The translations under genes were made by a program, and so were the position numbers. A stretch of 64,000 nt of DNA. It comes from Eledone cirrhosa (taxonomy: Eukaryota). Position 1 is the first letter of the stretch. Every line of letters starts with the position of its first letter. The notes under the pieces are model-generated. The model saw only the letters and a list, made by a program, of their open reading frames with translations, searched no databases and was not told the DNA's origin. Of this stretch, positions 57,501-64,000 are shown in pieces. The DNA is taken from assembly GCA_964016885.1 (NCBI GenBank), contig OZ024745.1, positions 64,666,001 through 64,730,000 on the forward strand, in the 5' to 3' direction.

Positions 57501-60500
57501 TGGGTGATCCATTTTTTATTTGGGTGATCCATTTTTTAATTGGGGATCCATTTTTTTATTTAGTTGATCCACTTTTTAATTGGGTGATGCATTTTTTATT
57601 TGGGGGATCCATTTTTTATTTGGGGGATCCATTTTTTATTTGGGGGATCCATTGTTTATTTGGGTGATCCATTTTTTATTTGGGTGATCCATTTTTTATT
57701 TGGGGGATCCATTTTGTATTTGGGTGATCCATTTTTTATTTGGGTGATCCATTTTTTATTTGGGTGATCCATTTTTTATTTGTGGGATCCATTTTTTATT
57801 TGGGTGAACCATTTTTTATTTGGGGGATCCTTTTTTTATTTGGGTGATCCATTTTTTATTTGGGTGATCCATTTTTTATTTGGGGGATCCATTTTTTATT
57901 TGGGTGATCCATTTTTTATTTGGGTGATCCATTTTTTATTTGGGGGATCCATTTTTTATTAGGGTGATCCATTTTTTATTTGGGGGATCCATTTTTTATT
58001 TGGGGGATCCATTTTTTATTTGGGTGATCCATTTTTTATATGGGTGATCCATTTTTTATTTGGGGGGATCCATTTTTAATTTGGGTGATCCATTTTTTAT
58101 TTGGGGGATCCATTTTTTATTTGGGTGATCCATTTTTTATTTGGGGGATCCATTTTTTATTTGGGTGATCCATTTTTTATTTGGGTGATCAATTTTTTAA
58201 TTGGGTGATCCATTTTTTATTTGGGGGATCCATTTTTTATTTGGGTGATCCATTTTTTAGTTGGGTGGTCCATTTTTTATTTGGGTGATCCATTTTTTAT
58301 TTGGGGGATCATTTTTTATTTGGGTGATCCATTTTTTATTTGGGGATCCATTTTTTATTTGGGTGATCCATTTTTATTTGGAGATCCATTTTGTATTTGG
58401 GTGATCCATTTTTTAATTGGGTGATCCATTTTTTATTTGGGTGATCCATTTTTTATTTGGGGGATCCATTTTTTATTTGGGGGATCCATTATTTATTTGG
58501 GTGATCCATTTTTTATTTGGGTGATCCATTTTTTATTTGGGTGATCCATTTTTTATTTCGGTGATCCATTTTTTATTTGGGTGATCCATTTTTTATTTGG
58601 GGGATCCATTTTTTATTTGGGTGATCCATTTTTTATTTGGGTGATCCATTTTTTATTTGAGGGATCCATTTTATATTTGGGTGATCCATTTTTTATTTGG
58701 GTGATCCATTTTTTATTTGGGTGATCCATTTTTTATTTGGGGGATCTATTTTTTATTTGGGGGATCCATTTTTTATTTGGGTGATCCATTTTTTATTTGG
58801 GTGATCCATTTTTTATTTGGGGGATCCATTTTTTATTTGGGTGATCCGTTTTTTATTTGGGGGATCCATTTTTTATTTCGGGGATCCATTTTTTATTTGG
58901 GTGATTCATTTTTTATTTGGGGGATCCATTTTTTATTTGGGTGATCCATTTTTTTATTTGGGGGTCCATTTTTTATTTGGGTGATCCATTTTTTATTTGG
59001 GTGATCCATTTTTTATTTGGGGGATCCATTTTTTATTTGGGTCATCCATTTTTTATTTGGGGGATCCATTTTTTATTTGGGGGATCCATTTTTTATTTTG
59101 TGTGATCCATTTTTTACTAGGGGGATCCATTTTTTATTTGGGTGATCCATTTTTATTTGTAGATCCATTTTTTATTTGGGTGATCCATTTTTTAATTGGA
59201 TGATCCATTTTTTAATTGGGGGATCCATTTTTTGTTTGGGGGATCCATTATTTATTTGGGTGATCCATTTTTTATTTGGGTGATCCATTTTTTATTTGGG
59301 GGATCCATTTTTTATTTGGGTGATCCATTTTTTATTTGGGTGATCCATTTTTTAATTGGGGGATCCATTTTTTATTTAGTTGATCCATTTTTTAATTGGG
59401 TGATCCATTTTTTATTTGGGGGATCCATTTTTTATTTGGGGGATCCATTTTTTATTTGGGGGATCCATTGTTTATTTGGGTGATCCATTTTTTATTTGGG
59501 TGATCCATTTTTTATTTGGGGGATCCATTTTTTATTTGGGGGATCCATTTTTTATTTGGGTGATCCATTTTTTATTTGGGTGATCCATTTTTTATTTGGG
59601 TGATCCATTTTTTATTTGGGTGATCCATTTTTTATTTGGGTGATCCATTTTTTAATTGGGGGATCCATTTTTTATTTAGTTGATCCATTTTTTAATTGGG
59701 TGATCCATTTTTTATTTGGGGGATCCATTTTTTATTTGGGGGATCCATTTTTTATTTGGGGGATCCATTTTTTATTTGGGTGATCCATTTTTTATTTGGG
59801 TGATCCATTTTTTATTTGGGGGATCCATTTTTTATTTGGGGGATCCATTTTTTATTTGGGTGATCCATTTTTTATTTGGGTGATCCATTTTTTATTTGGG
59901 GGGATCCATTTTTAATTTGGGTGATCCATTTTTTATTTGGGGGATCCATTTTTTATTTGGGTGATCCATTTTTTATTTGGGGGATCCATTTTTTATTTGG
60001 GTGATCCATTTTTTATTTGGGGGATCCATTTTTTATTTGGGTGATCCATTTTTTATTTGGGTGATCCATTTTTTATTTGGGGGATCCATTTTTTATTTCG
60101 GGGATCCATTTTTTATTTGGGTGATCCATTTTTATTTGGAGATTCATTTTGTATTTGGGTGATCCATTTTTTAATTGGGTGATCCATTTTTTATTTGGGT
60201 GACCCATTTTTTATTTGGGGGATCCATTTTTTATTTGGGTGATCCATTTTTTATTTGGGTGGTCCATTTTTTATTTGGGTGATCCATTTTTTATTTGGGG
60301 GATCCATTTTTTATTTGGATGATCCATTTTTTATTTGGGGATCCATTTTTTATTTGGGTGATCCATTTTTTATTTGGGTGATCCATTTTTTATTTGGGGG
60401 ATACATTTTTTATTTGGGTGATCCATTTTTTATTTGGGGGGGTCCATTTTTTATTTGGGGGATCCATTTTTATTTGGGTGATCCATTTTTTATTTGGGGG

Positions 60501-62120
60501 ATCCATTTTTTATTTGGGTGATCCCTTTTTTATTTGGGGGATCCATTTTTTATTTGGGTGATCCATTTTTTATTTGGGGGATCCATTTTTTATTTGGGGG
60601 ATTCATTTTTTATTTGGGTGATCCATTTTTTATTAGGGGGATCCATTTTTTATTAGGGGGATCCATTTTTTATTTGGGTGATCCATTTTTATTTGGAGAT
60701 CCATTTTTTATTTAGGTGATCCATTTTATAATTGGGTGATCCATTTTTTATTTGGGGGATCCATTATTTATTTGGGTGATCCATTTTTTATTTGGGTGAT
60801 CCATTTTTTATTTGGGTGATCCATTTTTTATTTGGGTGATCCATTTTTTATTTGGGTGATCCATTTTTTATTTGGGGGATCCATTTTTTATTTGGGTGAT
60901 CCATTTTTTATTTGGGGGATCCATTTTTTATTTGGGTGATCCATTTTTTATTTGGGGGATCCATTTTTTATTTCGGGGATCCATTTTTTATTTGGGTGAT
61001 TCATTTTTTATTTGGGGGATCCATTTTTTATTTTGGGTGATCCATTTTTTATTAGGGGGATCCATTTTTTATTTGGGTGATCCATTTTTATTTGTAGATC
61101 CATTTTTTATTTGGGTGATCCATTTTTTAATTGGATGATCCATTTTTTATTTGGGGGATCCATTTTTTATTTGGGGGATCCATTATTTATTTGGGTGATC
61201 CATTTTTTATTTGGGTGATCCATTTTTTATTCGGGGGATCCATTTTTTATTTGGGTGATCCATTTTTTATTTGGGTGATCCATTTTTTAATTGGGGATCC
61301 ATTTTTTTATTTAGTTGATCCACTTTTTAATTGGGTGATGCATTTTTTATTTGGGGGATCCATTTTTTATTTGGGGGATCCATTTTTTATTTGGGGGATC
61401 CATTGTTTATTTGGGTGATCCATTTTTTATTTGGGTGATCCATTTTTTATTTGGGGGATCCATTTTGTATTTGGGTAATCCATTTTTTATTTGGGTGATC
61501 CATTTTTTATTTGGGTGATCCATTTTTTATTTGTGGGATCCATTTTTTATTTGGGTGAACCATTTTTTATTTGGGGGATCCTTTTTTTATTTGGGTGATC
61601 CATTTTTTATTTGGGTGATCCATTTTTTATTTGGGGGATCCATTTTTTATTTGGGTGATCCATTTTTTATTTGGGTGATCCATTTTTTATTTGGGGGATC
61701 CATTTTTTATTAGGGTGATCCATTTTTTATTTGGGGGATCCATTTTTTATTTGGGGGATCCATTTTTTATTTGGGTGATCCATTTTTTATATGGGTGATC
61801 CATTTTTTATTTGGGGGGATCCATTTTTAATTTGGGTGATCCATTTTTTATTTGGGGGATCCATTTTTTATTTGGGTGATCCATTTTTTATTTGGGGGAT
61901 CCATTTTTTATTTGGGTGATCCATTTTTTATTTGGGTGATCAATTTTTTAATTGGGTGATCCATTTTTTATTTGGGGGATCCATTTTTTATTTGGGTGAT
62001 CCATTTTTTAGTTGGGTGGTCCATTTTTTATTTGGGTGATCCATTTTTTATTTGGGGGATCATTTTTTATTTGGGTGATCCATTTTTTATTTGGGGATCC
62101 ATTTTTTATTTGGGTGATCC
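54520..62120 (+). repeat. Tandem duplication of a ~3.75-3.83-kb higher-order unit (~54520-58350 and ~58351-62120)
   Basis: Offset 3,831 (54886/58717, 55365/59196), then 3,751 (56226/59977 through 58221/61972). A private C-deleted monomer GGGGATCATTTT lies at ~58310/62061. Confidence 0.92.
55420..56060 (+). repeat. Nested tandem duplication of a 300-bp unit (15 monomers)
   Basis: TTATTTAGTT at 55541/55841 and CCATTGT 300 bp apart. ORF pair 55365/55665. Confidence 0.82.
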
Positions 62121-64000
62121 ATTTTTTATTTGGGTGATCCATTTTTTATTTGGGGGATCCATTTTTTATTTGGGTGATCCATTTTTTATTTGGGGATCCA
62201 TGTTTTATTTGGGTGATCCATTTTTTATTTGGGTGATCCATTTTTTATTTGGGGGATCCATTTTTTATTTGGGTGATCCATTTTTTATTTGGGGGTCCAT
62301 TTTTTATTTGGGGGATCCATTTTTATTTGGGTGATCCATTTTTTATTTGGGGGATCCATTTTTTATTTGGGTGATCCATTTTTTATTTGGGTTGATCCCT
62401 TTTTTATTTGGGGGATCCATTTTTTATTTGGGTGATCCATTTTTTATTTGGGGGATCCATTTTTTATTTGGGGGATCCATTTTTTATTTGGTTGATCCAT
62501 TTTTTATTAGGGGGATCCATTTTTTATTTGGGTGATCCATTTTAACTTGGAGATCCATTTTTTGTTTAGGTGATCCATTTTATAATTGGGTGATCCATTT
62601 TTTATTTGGGGGATCCATTTTTTATTTGGGGGATCCATTTTTATTTGGGTGATCCATTTTTTATTTGGGTGATCCATTTTTTATTTTGGTGATCCATTTT
62701 TTATTTGGGGGATCCATTTTTTATTTGGGTGATCCATTTTTTATTTGGGTGATCCATTTTTTATTTGGGGGATCCATTTTTTATTTGGGTGATCCATTTT
62801 TATTTGGAGATCCATTTTGTATTTGGGTGATCCATTTTTTAATTGGGTGATCCATTTTTTATTTGGGTGATCCATTTTTTATTTGGGGGATCCATTTTTT
62901 ATTTGGGTGATCCATTTTTTATTTGGGTGGTCCATTTTTTATTTGGGTGATTCATTTTTTATTTTGGGGATCCATTTTTTATTTGGGTGATCCATTTTTT
63001 ATTTGGGGATCCATTTTTTATTTGGGTGATCCATTTTTTATTTGGGTGATCCATTTTTTATTTGGGGGATACATTTTTTATTTGGGTGATCCATTTTTTA
63101 TTTGGGGGGGTCCATATTTTATTTGGGGGATCCATTTTTTATTTGGGTGATCCATTTTTTATTTGGGGGATCCATTTTATATTTGGGGGATTCATTTTTT
63201 ATTTGGGTGATCCATTTTTTATTAGGGGGATCCATTTTTTATTTGGGTGATCCATTTTTATTTGGAGATCCATTTTTTATTTAGGTGATCCATTTTATAA
63301 TTGGGTGATCCATTTTTTATTTGGGGGATCCATTTTTTATTTGGGGGATCCATTATTTATTTGGGTGATCCATTTTTTATTTGGGTGATCCATTTTTTAT
63401 TTGGGTGATCCATTTTTTATTTGGGTGATCCATTTTTTATTTGGGTGATCCATTTTTTATTTGGGGGATCCATTTTTTATTTGAGTGATCCATTTTTTAT
63501 TTGGGGGATCCATTTTTTATTTGGGTGATCCATTTTTTATTTGGGGGATCCATTTTTTATTTCGGGGATCCATTTTTTATTTGGGTGATTCATTTTTTAT
63601 TTGGGGGATCCATTTTTTATTTTGGGTGATCCATTTTTTATTAGGGGGATCCATTTTTTATTTGGGTGATCCATTTTTATTTGTAGATCCATTTTTTATT
63701 TGGGTGATCCATTTTTTTATTGGATGATCCATTTTTTATTTGGGGGATCCATTTTTTATTTGGGGGATCCATTATTTATTTGGGTGATCCATTTTTTATT
63801 TGGGTGATCCATTTTTTATTCGGGGGATCCATTTTTTATTTGGGTGATCCATTTTTTATTTGGGTGATCCATTTTTTAATTGGGGATCCATTTTTTATTT
63901 GAGGGATCCATTTTATATTTGGGTGATCCATTTTTTATTTGGGTGATCCATTTTTTATTTGGGGGATCCATTTTTTATTTGGGGGATCCATTTTTTATTT

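Larger units (their letters stand above)
1..64000 (+). repeat. Tandem satellite array, 20-bp monomer GATCCATTTTTTATTTGGG(T/G), about 3,200 copies, running off both window edges
   Basis: The monomer is directly visible on every line with a 20-bp period. Occasional 19- to 22-bp (rarely longer) monomers arise from homopolymer indels. Single orientation throughout. Consensus is 30-35% GC and 75% G+T on the + strand. Confidence 0.99.

Noticed and set aside
501-63650. Scattered TTAGGG hexamers as interstitial telomeric sequence
   Set aside because: They are single T-to-A variants of TTTGGG within monomers (TTATTAGGGGG), never form a (TTAGGG)n run, and were spread by block duplication.
28-63902. 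Many short + strand ORFs encoding hydrophobic F/I/W/G-rich repeats (GDPFFIWVIHFLFGGSIFYL)n
   Set aside because: They are the three-frame translation of the 20-bp monomer. Starts are TTG/GTG within the repeat, frames overlap, indels shift frame freely, and ends fall at the TGA of T-type monomers or at variant TAA/TAG. The minus strand has TAA in every monomer.
1-64000. CRISPR array or repeat-spacer system
   Set aside because: Monomers abut directly with no unique spacers, and there is no leader or cas gene.
1-64000. Giant repeat protein under TGA read-through (genetic code 4 or selenocysteine)
   Set aside because: Frequent 19- and 21-bp monomers shift frame, TAA/TAG variants interrupt the frames, and there is no codon-position bias or non-repetitive domain.
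1-64000. Freshly telomerase-synthesised telomere tract
   Set aside because: Rare variants are copied in kilobase blocks, which indicates DNA-templated duplication rather than reiterative copying of one short RNA template.
1-64000. Pure sequencing artefact or concatemer, with variants as read errors
   Set aside because: Substitutions and homopolymer-length variants recur in the same linked order in separate blocks, which random errors would not do. Block copy number could still be misassembled.
1-64000. Canonical G-quadruplex array or stable hairpins
   Set aside because: The G3-G5 runs are separated by 15-17-nt loops, far beyond the canonical limit of 7 or fewer. The ATCCA/TGGGT stem is only 5 bp with a G-T wobble.
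1-64000. Bacterial or plasmid iterons, Dam/SeqA GATC cluster, or CArG boxes
   Set aside because: A gene-free 64-kb array is incompatible with prokaryotic origin iterons, which have few copies beside a rep gene. CC-W11-GG does not match the CC-W6-GG CArG consensus.

Overview
The whole 64-kb window is one uninterrupted head-to-tail tandem satellite array of about 3,200 copies of a 20-bp monomer, consensus GATCCATTTTTTATTTGGG(T/G). All copies are in one orientation. I saw no unique sequence, transposon insertion or inversion. No gene, RNA gene, mobile element or CRISPR array is supported, and every ORF in the track is an artefact of translating the repeat. The information lies in the variation. 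One position is dimorphic (T/G) throughout the array, a set of rare variant monomers recurs in linked modules, and these markers reveal nested duplications with periods of about 0.3, 0.44, 0.54, 0.64, 0.8, 1.0, 3.8, 7.5 and 8.3 kb, plus dispersed copies 4-52 kb apart. The best reading is a young, actively recombining eukaryotic heterochromatic satellite (centromeric, pericentromeric or subtelomeric). I do not recognise the family and cannot determine the organism or chromosomal position. Block boundaries were estimated by eye and from ORF-track offsets, and are approximate to a few monomers.
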